DNA of 64,000 nt from Patescibacteria group bacterium (GTDB lineage Bacteria; Patescibacteriota; Minisyncoccia; JAHISW01; Tagabacteraceae), in contig JBHPEK010000002.1 in the NCBI GenBank assembly GCA_042577045.1, forward strand, positions 389-64,388, given 5' to 3'. The notes below the pieces were generated by a model. That model saw only the letters and a list, made by a program, of their open reading frames with translations, searched no databases and was not told the origin of the DNA. The translations under genes were made by a program, and so were the position numbers. Below, piece by piece: positions 37,827 to 47,586 of this stretch (position 1 is its first letter; each line of letters starts with the position of its first letter).

Positions 37827-39290
37827 ATGATAGATATAGTTTTATTTTATCCCAAACTAGAAACAGTCAAACCAAGGCTTTTGCCAATGGGTGTTTTAAG
37901 TATAGCAGGTCCTTTGGTGGAGGCAGGCTTTAACGTAAAAATCATTGATCAAAGAGTTGATAATGATTGGCGCAATACACTTCTCAATTCTTTAAATAAA
38001 AAACCGTTATTGGTTGGTTTTTCTGTGATGACAGGTATTCAGATTTTGAATGCCCTAGAGGCGACAAAACTAGTAAAAAAGAACAGCAATATCTTGACTG
38101 TTTGGGGCGGTGTTCATCCAAGTTTATTGCCAGAACAAACTTTGGAAAACAGCAACATAGACTTTGCGGTGGTTGGTGAAGGAGAAAACATTTTGTTGAA
38201 TTTGGTAAAAAGTTTAAAATCTAACCAATCTTATAAAGATATTCCAGGACTTGGCTATAAAGAGGGAAATGAAATAGTTGTTAATCCTGCGATGGCCTTT
38301 ATTGATCTGGATACTTTGCCCGACATTCCTTATCATTTGGTAGATATAGAAAAATATATTCAAGAATATTCTTATGCAAGTGGCAAAAAAGCGAGGTCTA
38401 TAGATTTTTACACAAGCCGAGGGTGTCCTCACAGATGCGCTTTTTGCTATAATCAAGAGTTTAATAAAAGAAAATGGAGAGGAAACTCGGCGCAGAAAGT
38501 CGTAGAGCAAATAAAAAAGCTCATAGATAATTATCAAATTTCCGCTTTAGATATTGAAGATGACGAATTTTTTGTAGATATGAAAAGGGCCAAAGAAATT
38601 TGCGAACTTTTAATTAAAGAAAATATAAATATCGAAATAATGACGACTTGCCGTGTAAATTATGTGTCTCAAAGAATGGATGGTGAACTTCTTAATCTTT
38701 GTAAAAAAGCAGGTTTCAATGCTTTGTCTTTTGGTGTTGAGTCGGGTTCTTCAAAAATACAAAAAATGATGTCAAAAGATATCACCACTGAACAGGTTTT
38801 TGATACAATAAAGAAACTAAAAAAAGCCGACATCGGATCCAAATATTTTTTTATGGCAGGCATTCCAAGAGAGCAAATCGAAGATTTATATGCCACAACT
38901 GATTTAATACGGCAGATGAAAGAATTAGACAATGGAGTTCGAATTCCTGCTTGGCGTGTCTTTACGCCATATCCGGGCACAGAGTTGTATGGTAAAAGTA
39001 TAGAGTTAGGTTTTAATCCTCCGAAGAATCTTGAAAATTGGGCAAAATATGATTTCAAGACTATAAATATGCCATGGGTAAGCAAGAAAGCAAAAAAAAT
39101 CATAAAAAATGTAATTTATTCCATAAAATTTCTAGAACTTGAAAAAGAAAGTTCAAACAGTTTTTATTTCAACTTAAGTCGACTATATGGGAAGACGGTG
39201 GATTATCGTTGGAGAAAACATTGGTTCTTTTTTCCTGAAAAAAATATTATATTGTTGTTTTTAAAAATTAAGTCTTTTTTGACGAAATGA
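37827..39290 (+). CDS. B12-binding-domain radical SAM protein
   Basis: WGGVHPS, GEGE, SRGCPHRCAFC, GVESG, PYPGT. Confidence 0.9.
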   Translation: MIDIVLFYPKLETVKPRLLPMGVLSIAGPLVEAGFNVKIIDQRVDNDWRNTLLNSLNKKPLLVGFSVMTGIQILNALEATKLVKKNSNILTVWGGVHPSLLPEQTLENSNIDFAVVGEGENILLNLVKSLKSNQSYKDIPGLGYKEGNEIVVNPAMAFIDLDTLPDIPYHLVDIEKYIQEYSYASGKKARSIDFYTSRGCPHRCAFCYNQEFNKRKWRGNSAQKVVEQIKKLIDNYQISALDIEDDEFFVDMKRAKEICELLIKENINIEIMTTCRVNYVSQRMDGELLNLCKKAGFNALSFGVESGSSKIQKMMSKDITTEQVFDTIKKLKKADIGSKYFFMAGIPREQIEDLYATTDLIRQMKELDNGVRIPAWRVFTPYPGTELYGKSIELGFNPPKNLENWAKYDFKTINMPWVSKKAKKIIKNVIYSIKFLELEKESSNSFYFNLSRLYGKTVDYRWRKHWFFFPEKNIILLFLKIKSFLTK

Positions 39291-40093
39291 AAACTTTTTA
39301 TAAAAACTATTTGAAGAAACAAGGCATTTTAGGATTACCCAAAAAAGATATTTTTTTGGTCGTCGGAGTGTCTAGGAGTGGAACTAGTTTGCTAATGAGC
39401 CTTCTAGATAATATGGGAGTATTTATTGGTAATTCTGATGATTTTGTTCCGTCAGACACGTCAAACCCACGTGGCTATTTTGAACACGCAAAGGTTCTTG
39501 GTATTAATTACTCTATTTTAAAGCAGGCCAGAGCTAAAAAGGAAGATATTTGGGGAAAATATGATATAAGTGCCAGGGGGCCCATAAAAAAATTTCAGAG
39601 AGCTATCGTTAGGCTAAAAATAAATAAGTTTTTGAAAAAAATGCACAGTCAACCTGAAGACAGTTGGGCTATGAAAAGTCATTTAGCAACTTTTCCTTTG
39701 TGGCAAGAATATATTCCAGAATTTAAACTTATTATTGCTTTTAAGGACCCCACAACAGTTGCTCATTCTAACGTTAAACTAAAAAATTTTTCAGCTCCAT
39801 TTTCTGAATATCTTTCAAGATGGGAAAAAATCAATAGAGAATTAATTTATTTTAGTTACCGATTTCAAAGTCTGGTTATTAATTACAATGATTTGTTAGA
39901 TTTGGGTAGTAAAGATCGGGTTTTAAATAAATTAATAGAATTTGTTGGTAAGGGGAACATAGAAACATTAAGGGATGTAGTGGATCCATCCCTCAATCGT
40001 TCTCGTAGCGAGGTAGAAAAATTAGAAGAAATCTACCCATTATTGCCAAGCCAGAAAGAAGTATTCAGGGTTTTAGAAAAAATAAAAACTTAA
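39287..40093 (+). CDS. Sulfotransferase-family (P-loop) protein
   Basis: VGVSRSGTS 5'-PSB loop; NPRGYFE. Confidence 0.72.
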   Translation: MKTFYKNYLKKQGILGLPKKDIFLVVGVSRSGTSLLMSLLDNMGVFIGNSDDFVPSDTSNPRGYFEHAKVLGINYSILKQARAKKEDIWGKYDISARGPIKKFQRAIVRLKINKFLKKMHSQPEDSWAMKSHLATFPLWQEYIPEFKLIIAFKDPTTVAHSNVKLKNFSAPFSEYLSRWEKINRELIYFSYRFQSLVINYNDLLDLGSKDRVLNKLIEFVGKGNIETLRDVVDPSLNRSRSEVEKLEEIYPLLPSQKEVFRVLEKIKT

Positions 40094-40096
40094 AAA

Positions 40097-41563
40097 ATGA
40101 GTAAAAAAATTATTATTCTTACGCTCCTTGTTTTGTTTTTACTTTCTTTAGTAAGGGTAGCTCCTCTTATCTACAAGGGGTATGCACCAACGGGATCACA
40201 CGGAAATCTTGTTTTGGCAAGAAACCTCGCTCTTAATAGTGGATACAAATCAGAAAATAGTGAGAATGTTGTTCTTGCTTCTTCGCAGGTAGCAGAAAAA
40301 GGACTCAATTCAACAACAGGAAACAAGCTTACTTCTTATCTAATTTCATATGTTTTTAGGGTCTTTGGTTTTAGCCCAAATCTACCTTTTTATGTTTCTG
40401 TTTTTATGTTTGCTTTGTCTGGTGTTTTAATTTTTCTTCTCGTTTTAAGGTTATTTAATAATTATTGGTTGGCTTTGTCTGCTTTCTTCCTAGATCTTTT
40501 TATGCCTTTTGTTTGGAAGGGTAGTTTGTGGGCTGGTTTTTACGAGTTTGCCTCTGTTTTTTTCTTGTTGGGACTTTTGTTTTATTTTTGGAATAAACAA
40601 CCAGCAACATATAATTTTTTGGGTGCCGGCATATTTTTAGGTTTGGCAACGATTTCTCGTAATGCCTTCGTGCTATCTGTTATTCCGATAGTCCTTTTTC
40701 AATTTTTGAAAACTAGATCTTACAAAAATATTCTTTGCTTTGCTTTGCCAATTTTAATTATTTTTGGCTTTATTGGATTGTTCAATAATTCTTATTTAAC
40801 AGATAAGCCGTCTGCAGATTATGGTCATTTATTCCCCGACTCATACATATATCACTTTGAAAAGGAGACTTATTTGAATGAAGTAGATAGCACAGGTAAT
40901 CATGAAATTGCTCAATTCATGCTTCAATATGGATACAAGGTTCCTTTTGCACAAAAAATAAAAATGTACTTAAATTCTGTTATTTTTTATCCAAAACAGT
41001 TATTTTCTGTTATAAACTTTGGTGGTTCGATATTTTTGTTTTTTGCAATCTTGGGTGGAACTGTTTTGTTTAAAGAAAAGAAAAAACTGTTTAATTTTTT
41101 AGTTTTTTGGCTGATCTTTTGGTATCTTGGGCTTGTCCTAATGAAAACAAATAACTGGGATCACTTTCTGGAGATTAGGTTTGTGCTGATTTTGCTGATT
41201 ACTCTTGGTGCTTGGAAACTAATTGAGATTTTTGGGAAACAGAAAATTTTGTTTGGGACAGGGTTAATTTTGCTTATGTCCCTACAATTATTCTCTTCTA
41301 ATAAATGGCTTTTTCATCAGGATTATGATTCCAGCTTCTTTCCAGAAGCTTTTGAGATTATAGATGTTATAAACAAGCAAGATTTTGGGGATGATGATAT
41401 TATTGCCGTAAGTTTTAACCAGGGTGCACCAAAAATTTTAAATTATTATACAGACAAGAGTTTTATCTATTTTGCGCCGGAGACCATAGAAAAACTAAAA
41501 AAAGAGAATAAACTTGAAGAAATATTCAAAGAGTTTGGAGTAACTTATTTTTTGCAGATATAG
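40097..41563 (+). CDS. GT-C/GT39 membrane glycosyltransferase
   Basis: LARNL loop motif; polytopic; C-terminal soluble domain. Confidence 0.65.
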   Translation: MSKKIIILTLLVLFLLSLVRVAPLIYKGYAPTGSHGNLVLARNLALNSGYKSENSENVVLASSQVAEKGLNSTTGNKLTSYLISYVFRVFGFSPNLPFYVSVFMFALSGVLIFLLVLRLFNNYWLALSAFFLDLFMPFVWKGSLWAGFYEFASVFFLLGLLFYFWNKQPATYNFLGAGIFLGLATISRNAFVLSVIPIVLFQFLKTRSYKNILCFALPILIIFGFIGLFNNSYLTDKPSADYGHLFPDSYIYHFEKETYLNEVDSTGNHEIAQFMLQYGYKVPFAQKIKMYLNSVIFYPKQLFSVINFGGSIFLFFAILGGTVLFKEKKKLFNFLVFWLIFWYLGLVLMKTNNWDHFLEIRFVLILLITLGAWKLIEIFGKQKILFGTGLILLMSLQLFSSNKWLFHQDYDSSFFPEAFEIIDVINKQDFGDDDIIAVSFNQGAPKILNYYTDKSFIYFAPETIEKLKKENKLEEIFKEFGVTYFLQI

Positions 41564-42306
41564 ATTCTTCGTAGTCCCAAAAGTGTGACAATAAAGTTTG
41601 GTAAAACTTTTTCAAGCCATTCTCCAAACTTTATTAAAAATTTAGGTCCACATGGGATTAAAATAAAAGTTTTTTGTTTTAGTATTTTAAAGTTGTTTTC
41701 TTTGAGCCATTTTTTTACTTTTCTATGCCTGATAAACCGATGAGGTCCTTCGCTGTGGTGAATATTAAAAATTGCTGCTATCCAGTGGATCGGTTCCCAC
41801 AATATGTTTGGCATTGTTAAAACTAGGTGTCCATTTGGCTGAAGTATTCTGTGTAATTCTTTTACAAATTTTTTGGGGTTGGGCAAATGTTCTATGGATT
41901 CAAAACTTAAAATGGTTTCGAACTGATTGTCCCCAAATGGTAAGGGATATTCTACAAACTGTTTGGTGGTAAATTCTAGGGGGTGTTTTTTGAGATTTGA
42001 TGCACAGATTTCTTGCATTTTTTTGGTAACATCAGCGCATACCACTTTGGAAATTTTTTCATTTTTCCAAAAATATAAACTTCCGTTTCCGGTTCTGGAG
42101 CAGATATCTAATGTATATTTGTTTTCGGGTAAATCGAAAAGTTCGTAAGCATCAATAAACCGGCGAAAATAAGTATACGTTTTTTCGTTTATGTCATCAT
42201 AGTCCGTTGTGTTGTCCCAGTGTTCACCTACATCTTTGAATGTCCAAGAAGGACTAAAGATGTATTTTAGTTCATTACTCAATCTCTGGAAAAAATTATA
42301 TTGCAC
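41545..42306 (-). CDS. Class I SAM-dependent methyltransferase
   Basis: LDICSRTG, FESIEHL, RILQPNG. Confidence 0.8.
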   Translation of the reverse strand: MQYNFFQRLSNELKYIFSPSWTFKDVGEHWDNTTDYDDINEKTYTYFRRFIDAYELFDLPENKYTLDICSRTGNGSLYFWKNEKISKVVCADVTKKMQEICASNLKKHPLEFTTKQFVEYPLPFGDNQFETILSFESIEHLPNPKKFVKELHRILQPNGHLVLTMPNILWEPIHWIAAIFNIHHSEGPHRFIRHRKVKKWLKENNFKILKQKTFILIPCGPKFLIKFGEWLEKVLPNFIVTLLGLRRIYICKK

Positions 42307-43723
42307 GTTTTTTTAGTTTGATCACTTTTAGCCCCGCCCTTACTTTACGAATTAGTTCAGGAAAAGATCTTATTTTTATAAGCCGTTTCAAAATATAACT
42401 GGGTCGCACATAAAATTGTTTATAGGCATAGTTTAAAAGACTTTGAAGTTCTTCGTTGCTAAGTTCTTTTGTCCAGTATTTTGTTTTAAAGCTCCGTTGA
42501 GGATTCTTGGCAAACTCAAGCCAGTAATCATTTTCGAAAACTTTTTGTTCTAGCGCCCAGTTGTAAACTCTAGTTGCTGGGAAAGGTGTTAGGAGTGTTA
42601 TTTGAACAAAGTCTGGGTTCAATTTTTTAGCAAATTTTATAGTTTCTAAAATATCTTCTTTGGTCTCGGTGGGGGAGCCAATCATGAAATAAGCCAAAGT
42701 GTCTATACCCATTTTTTTAGTAAGTTTAAATATTTTTAAAACCTGCTCAAGGTTTATGTTTTTATTTAGGACTTTTAAAATTTTTGGAGTTCCTCCTTCT
42801 ACGCCATAGTGAATTCGTTCACATCCGGCTTTTTTAAGTAGTTTTAATACTTCTTCATTTACTGTGTCCACTCTTGCTCGTATATCCCAGCTAAATTTAA
42901 GTTTGCGTCTTAAAATTTCTTCACAGATATCAATTACTCGTTGATTGTCTACAGTAAAAGTGTCGTCATAAACAAATATCTCTTTAATTCCTAGATTCAA
43001 ACATTCTTCCATTTCGTCAACTACATTTTCAGCAGATCTTTTTCTAAAAATTTTCCCCATGTTAGGTCTGTCGCAAAAAGCACACTGGAAAGGGCAACCT
43101 CTACTGGTAAACATTGTTGTAATCGGGCTCTTTTTTGCCAAAAGAGAAAAGTATTTTTTGTAAGGTAGCATTTCTCGTGGAGGGAATGGCAAGGAGTCTA
43201 AATCTTCACAATATTTTTTTATACCCGTATTTATAATTTCTCCGTTGTGTTTAAAAACAAGTCCAGAGATTTTTTTAAGCTCGTCCGAATTATTAATATT
43301 CTCTAAAAGTTTATGAAAGGTTTCTTCTCCTTCTCCAGACACCACAAAATCAACATCTTTTAAATTAATAGTTTCTTCTGGGTAAATATGTACATGTGGA
43401 CCACCAAGAACAATTTTTACTTGTGGAGAGACCCTTTTAGATATTTCAGCTGTTTTTAAAACGTCTAACAGGGTAAAGGTCATTGTAGTAATACCCACAA
43501 CATCTGGAGAGTATTTTTTTATTTTTTCTTGTAGTTTTTGGTAATTAAGTTTTTCTACTTGAGCGTCAATTATTTTTAGCTCATGATTGGAATGTTTTTT
43601 TAAATATCCAGCTAAATACAAAAGACCTAGTGGGGGGTCAAACCCTCTCTCTGTTTTGATTATCTCTGGATTACAGCTTAAAATTTCGTTTTGCGACGGT
43701 GGATTTATTAAAAGTATTTTCAT
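42296..43723 (-). CDS. B12-binding-domain radical SAM protein
   Basis: MKILLINPP, PPLGLLYLA, GGPH, GEGE, SRGCPFQCAFC. Confidence 0.9.
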   Translation of the reverse strand: MKILLINPPSQNEILSCNPEIIKTERGFDPPLGLLYLAGYLKKHSNHELKIIDAQVEKLNYQKLQEKIKKYSPDVVGITTMTFTLLDVLKTAEISKRVSPQVKIVLGGPHVHIYPEETINLKDVDFVVSGEGEETFHKLLENINNSDELKKISGLVFKHNGEIINTGIKKYCEDLDSLPFPPREMLPYKKYFSLLAKKSPITTMFTSRGCPFQCAFCDRPNMGKIFRKRSAENVVDEMEECLNLGIKEIFVYDDTFTVDNQRVIDICEEILRRKLKFSWDIRARVDTVNEEVLKLLKKAGCERIHYGVEGGTPKILKVLNKNINLEQVLKIFKLTKKMGIDTLAYFMIGSPTETKEDILETIKFAKKLNPDFVQITLLTPFPATRVYNWALEQKVFENDYWLEFAKNPQRSFKTKYWTKELSNEELQSLLNYAYKQFYVRPSYILKRLIKIRSFPELIRKVRAGLKVIKLKKRAI

Positions 43724-43724
43724 T

Positions 43725-44369
43725 TTAGTTTTTGAACTTTTTAACAAATTTGTCTACAAGTGGGGAAATTATTTTTTTAACAAACAAGGGAAGTTTGTAG
43801 TATATTTTTCTGGCGACTCTTTTAAAATGTATATTTAGAGACGTTTTTTGTTGTGGCCAAGAGAATTTATTAAAAGAATAAATGTTTTCAATTTTATTTT
43901 TTCTGGGTATAGAAATTGAGGTTTGTTTGGGATATCCGAAAGCTACATAGGCAACAGGGGAATATGACTCTTTGATATTAAAGATTTTTTTAAGAGTTTT
44001 TTTGCTAGGCAGGTGGCACACCCAGCAAGCTCCCAATCCTAGATCATGTATAGTTAGAAGCATATTTTGAATAGCAGCGGAACTACTTTGAATCCAATCA
44101 AGATACTCTAGATTATCTGAATCTGATTTATTGTATAGAACTAAAATTCCATAAGGAGCACTTTTTATAACTGGGGCGCTTCCGTTTTCAAAAATCTTAT
44201 TTTTTATTTCTTGGTCATCTACTATGATAAACTTCCAGCTTTGTGTGTTGCAATGGCTGGGTGCCCAATTACCAGCCTCTAGAATTTTCTCTAGAGTTTC
44301 TTGGTTTATTTTTTGATCAGAAAAAACTCGAACGCTTCTTCTATTTTTAATTACTTGTTCTATTTCCAT
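43725..44369 (-). CDS. Nitroreductase family flavoprotein
   Basis: RRSVRVF, WAPSHCNTQSW, GLGACW, GYP. Confidence 0.88.
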   Translation of the reverse strand: MEIEQVIKNRRSVRVFSDQKINQETLEKILEAGNWAPSHCNTQSWKFIIVDDQEIKNKIFENGSAPVIKSAPYGILVLYNKSDSDNLEYLDWIQSSSAAIQNMLLTIHDLGLGACWVCHLPSKKTLKKIFNIKESYSPVAYVAFGYPKQTSISIPRKNKIENIYSFNKFSWPQQKTSLNIHFKRVARKIYYKLPLFVKKIISPLVDKFVKKFKN

Positions 44370-45433
44370 AAAGAGTGTTTTAAAATTGATAAATATTCTT
44401 TGGGATTGAAAATTATACCGGTACGAATAGCACACTCCCAGGTGCAATTACACTGTTTGTTTTTTATTTTTTCATATTCTTTTTTAGCAAAATCAGATTT
44501 AACTATTTTATTTATGTCATAATCAAAATCTCGTAAATTTCCTAGGGATGTTGGTAAAATCTCACAAATTTTTATTTTGCCATCGTCTTCCAATACTATC
44601 ATTTTTTTAATAGCATAACAGTTGAAATTTCGTTTTCTTGTTGTAAGGTTTTCAAAAACTTTTTCGCGAGCAGTAATAGTTGCTCCCCAAATAAAACCAG
44701 ATAAAGGATGATTTTTAAATTTGTTTCTGTTTAATTTTGAAAGATATTCTGTTGCTTTTTTGTATTTTTCAATATAAAGATTTTCTTTGTTATCTTTAGA
44801 ACGGGCATCTCCTCTAATAAAGGTCATACTCATTGAATCTACATCTAAGTTTTTCTTTATAAAATCTAAAACTTCCATTACCTTATCCTGATTTGTTTTC
44901 ATAAAACAAGTGTTGGTAATTAGAGAAAAGTTTTTGTATTTATTCTTTAGTTTTTTGACTTGTTTTACTGTTTCGATTACTTTATCAAAACCTCCAGGAA
45001 CACCTCGTATCTTATCGTGCATTTCACCGATACCGTCAATAGAAAAAGAAAATCTAAAATGTATTTTAGGATATTTTTGTAATATTTTTTCCGCTGTATT
45101 TACAATTTTTTCGGTCGAGAAGCCATTAGATGGAATACCAACCATATCTACACCTGTATATTTTTTAAATAATTCAATAATGTCTATTAAATCGTCTCTT
45201 AAGTATGGTTCACCTCCAGACAAATTTAGAAAAAGCATACTGCCCCAATTTTTGGCAATTTTTTCTATTTCTTCTAAAGAGAGCTCTTTTCTGTTTGGTG
45301 CCTCGTCAACCAATTTCCAATTAAAACAATGAGAACAACGAGCATTGCACTTAGATGTTATATAAAAAATTGTGTAGAAAGGTGTTTGGCTAAAATAAAA
45401 TTTTAACCATCTGATATATTTTGGTAATTTCAT
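44360..45433 (-). CDS. Radical SAM protein with C-terminal twitch/SPASM cysteines
   Basis: CNARCSHC, GGEPYLR, SIDG, C..CE..CNCTWEC. Confidence 0.88.
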   Translation of the reverse strand: MKLPKYIRWLKFYFSQTPFYTIFYITSKCNARCSHCFNWKLVDEAPNRKELSLEEIEKIAKNWGSMLFLNLSGGEPYLRDDLIDIIELFKKYTGVDMVGIPSNGFSTEKIVNTAEKILQKYPKIHFRFSFSIDGIGEMHDKIRGVPGGFDKVIETVKQVKKLKNKYKNFSLITNTCFMKTNQDKVMEVLDFIKKNLDVDSMSMTFIRGDARSKDNKENLYIEKYKKATEYLSKLNRNKFKNHPLSGFIWGATITAREKVFENLTTRKRNFNCYAIKKMIVLEDDGKIKICEILPTSLGNLRDFDYDINKIVKSDFAKKEYEKIKNKQCNCTWECAIRTGIIFNPKEYLSILKHSLWK

Positions 45434-46413
45434 AAAGATTTTTTTTTCTTGGTTAAGTGGGCAAATATTAGTCCTGTGGTTCCAGCAATAGAAACAACAA
45501 GAATATAAAAATAGTGTAACAAGGTTGTTCTAAAACTGAAAATGGCTCCATGTTTTTTATAAAATTTGTTATATAAAGATCGGTTTAGGAAGAAAAAAAC
45601 AAAGTAAAATAGCAAAGCTAAATATAATAGTGGTCGAAAAAATAAACCCAGAACAACAAATAATAAAACTACTCCTGAAAGAAGGTAAAGTATTTTAAAC
45701 ATCTTGCTGTTGTAAGATGTTTCTGTTTTGTTTTTGATTTGATACAAAACCATAGCCCTAAGAAAAGCTCTTTGGCAATATTTTTTCATACCTTCAAAAA
45801 AGAAGCTATCAAGATAAGAATTTTTCATTAAGATTTTCTTATCTAGGTCTATCTTGTACCCTTTATTAAATAATTTTAAGCCAAAATAAAAATCTTCAGC
45901 GTTGGCTGTTTTGAAATTTTCATCAAATCCACCCTCTTTTAAAAATAGATCTTTGTAAATTGCCGAACCGTTACTTCCGAAACTTTTGGTAATCAAATTG
46001 GTGAATAAATAGTTTCCTTCAACAGCTTTAAATTTGTTAAAGAAATTATTTTTTATGGACTCGTCACTCCAAGAAATTGTAAGACCTTGAAGCTTAGGAT
46101 CTTTTTGAAATCGTTCGTATATTTTTTCAAAAGTGTCTGGATAAACTTGGGCATCGGAGTCAAGAAAGAAAACAATATTACCTGTGGCTTTTTTAACCCC
46201 AAAGTTTCTAGCTACAGCTGGACCTTTGTTTTTTTCAAAAGTAAATAATTTAGTATTTGGGTATTTGGCAACAATTTCTTCTACACTTACTTTAGTGGAA
46301 CCATCATCAATCACGATTATTTCTGGTAGAACATTTTTTGAATTAAAAATAGAATCAAGGCATTGGTTTAAGAGAGGATCATTATACGTAGCAATTATAA
46401 CAGAGATTTTCAT
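45430..46413 (-). CDS. GT2 glycosyltransferase with C-terminal TM helices
   Basis: IDDGST, GPAVARN, FLDSD, GGFDE, AED. Confidence 0.9.
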   Translation of the reverse strand: MKISVIIATYNDPLLNQCLDSIFNSKNVLPEIIVIDDGSTKVSVEEIVAKYPNTKLFTFEKNKGPAVARNFGVKKATGNIVFFLDSDAQVYPDTFEKIYERFQKDPKLQGLTISWSDESIKNNFFNKFKAVEGNYLFTNLITKSFGSNGSAIYKDLFLKEGGFDENFKTANAEDFYFGLKLFNKGYKIDLDKKILMKNSYLDSFFFEGMKKYCQRAFLRAMVLYQIKNKTETSYNSKMFKILYLLSGVVLLFVVLGLFFRPLLYLALLFYFVFFFLNRSLYNKFYKKHGAIFSFRTTLLHYFYILVVSIAGTTGLIFAHLTKKKKSL

Positions 46414-47300
46414 TATTTATTATAGATAACGATTTCAGCAAGAAGGCCAAAGAAAAGAGTTTGAAGCGCCGTAGCAAAAAGAATTAAAATTGTTGTGTCA
46501 TAGAAGGTGGAAATAATTCCAAGAAAAAACAGAACAGTTAAAACTAGAGGTACAGCAAGTAAAAGCAAACTTAAGGGCAAGAAAACTTTAATTGGCCTGA
46601 AGAAAAGAGAAAGTTTTGTTACTAGCTTCAAGAAATTTATAAAGTCTACAGCTCGGATAGAAGATTTTCCTTTTCTTTTGTAATATTCAATGGGAATAAA
46701 TTTAGTTGGATAGCTGTGACTTAGGCATACCATTGTCAGAGTAGAGGTAAAAGAAAATTTTTCTGGAAAAAGATCCCAATATTTTATAACTATATCTTTT
46801 TTAAACATTCGCAGTCCACAGTTTAAATCTGGTATCTTTGAGCTTACCAGGTAACTAGTAAACCTATTTAGAAAGTTTTTTGCCCATCTTCTTTCAAAAG
46901 GAATTCCTTTTCCGTTTATTTGTCGGTGGCCGGTAATTAGGTCGTAGTTGTTAGATTGTTTTATGAGGTCAGGAATAGAATGAACTGGATAAGTGCCATC
47001 CCCGTCCATAATAATTATCCAATTGTATTTGCTATGCCGAATACCAGTCTTCAAGCTGGCGCCGTATCCTTTATTGATAGGGTGATGTAGTACAATTGTT
47101 GGATCAGGGGAATTGTGAATCTGTTCTAGGATTTCTTCACATTTGTCGGTAGAACAATCATTAACAAGTATTATTTCGTAATTTCTAGAAAATTGTGGTT
47201 CAAGAGTATCAATAATACCAGAAACTGTGTTTTTTATCGTTTCGGCTTCATTATATACAGGAATAATTATAGAAAAATTTTTAGCAATTTCACTTTGCAT
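46413..47300 (-). CDS. GT2 (DPM/DPG-synthase-like) glycosyltransferase
   Basis: IPVYNE, NKGYGASLKTG, MDGDGTY, DLNCGLR. Confidence 0.9.
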   Translation of the reverse strand: MQSEIAKNFSIIIPVYNEAETIKNTVSGIIDTLEPQFSRNYEIILVNDCSTDKCEEILEQIHNSPDPTIVLHHPINKGYGASLKTGIRHSKYNWIIIMDGDGTYPVHSIPDLIKQSNNYDLITGHRQINGKGIPFERRWAKNFLNRFTSYLVSSKIPDLNCGLRMFKKDIVIKYWDLFPEKFSFTSTLTMVCLSHSYPTKFIPIEYYKRKGKSSIRAVDFINFLKLVTKLSLFFRPIKVFLPLSLLLLAVPLVLTVLFFLGIISTFYDTTILILFATALQTLFFGLLAEIVIYNK

Positions 47301-47358
47301 AATGCTGTTATTTTAGGCTTATTTGCCTTTTTTTTCAAGTTTGTTAGAATATCTACTA

Positions 47359-47586
47359 ATGGTAAAAATTATTCAAAAACTAGATGGTTGTATTGGTTGT
47401 GGAACCTGTGTCGTTCTCTGTCCAAAATATTGGGAAATGAACGAAGACGGGAATAAAGCTGTCCTTAAGGGGTCCACTCAAAATACTAGTGGCGATTGGG
47501 AATTAGAGGTAAATGACTCAGAATGTAATAAGGATGCAGAGGAAGCTTGCCCGGTTAGTGTTATCTCCCAGAGTGATCAAGCATAA
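47359..47586 (+). CDS. Monocluster [4Fe-4S]/[3Fe-4S] ferredoxin
   Basis: CIGCGTC...CP and C-terminal ACPVSVI. Confidence 0.85.
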   Translation: MVKIIQKLDGCIGCGTCVVLCPKYWEMNEDGNKAVLKGSTQNTSGDWELEVNDSECNKDAEEACPVSVISQSDQA

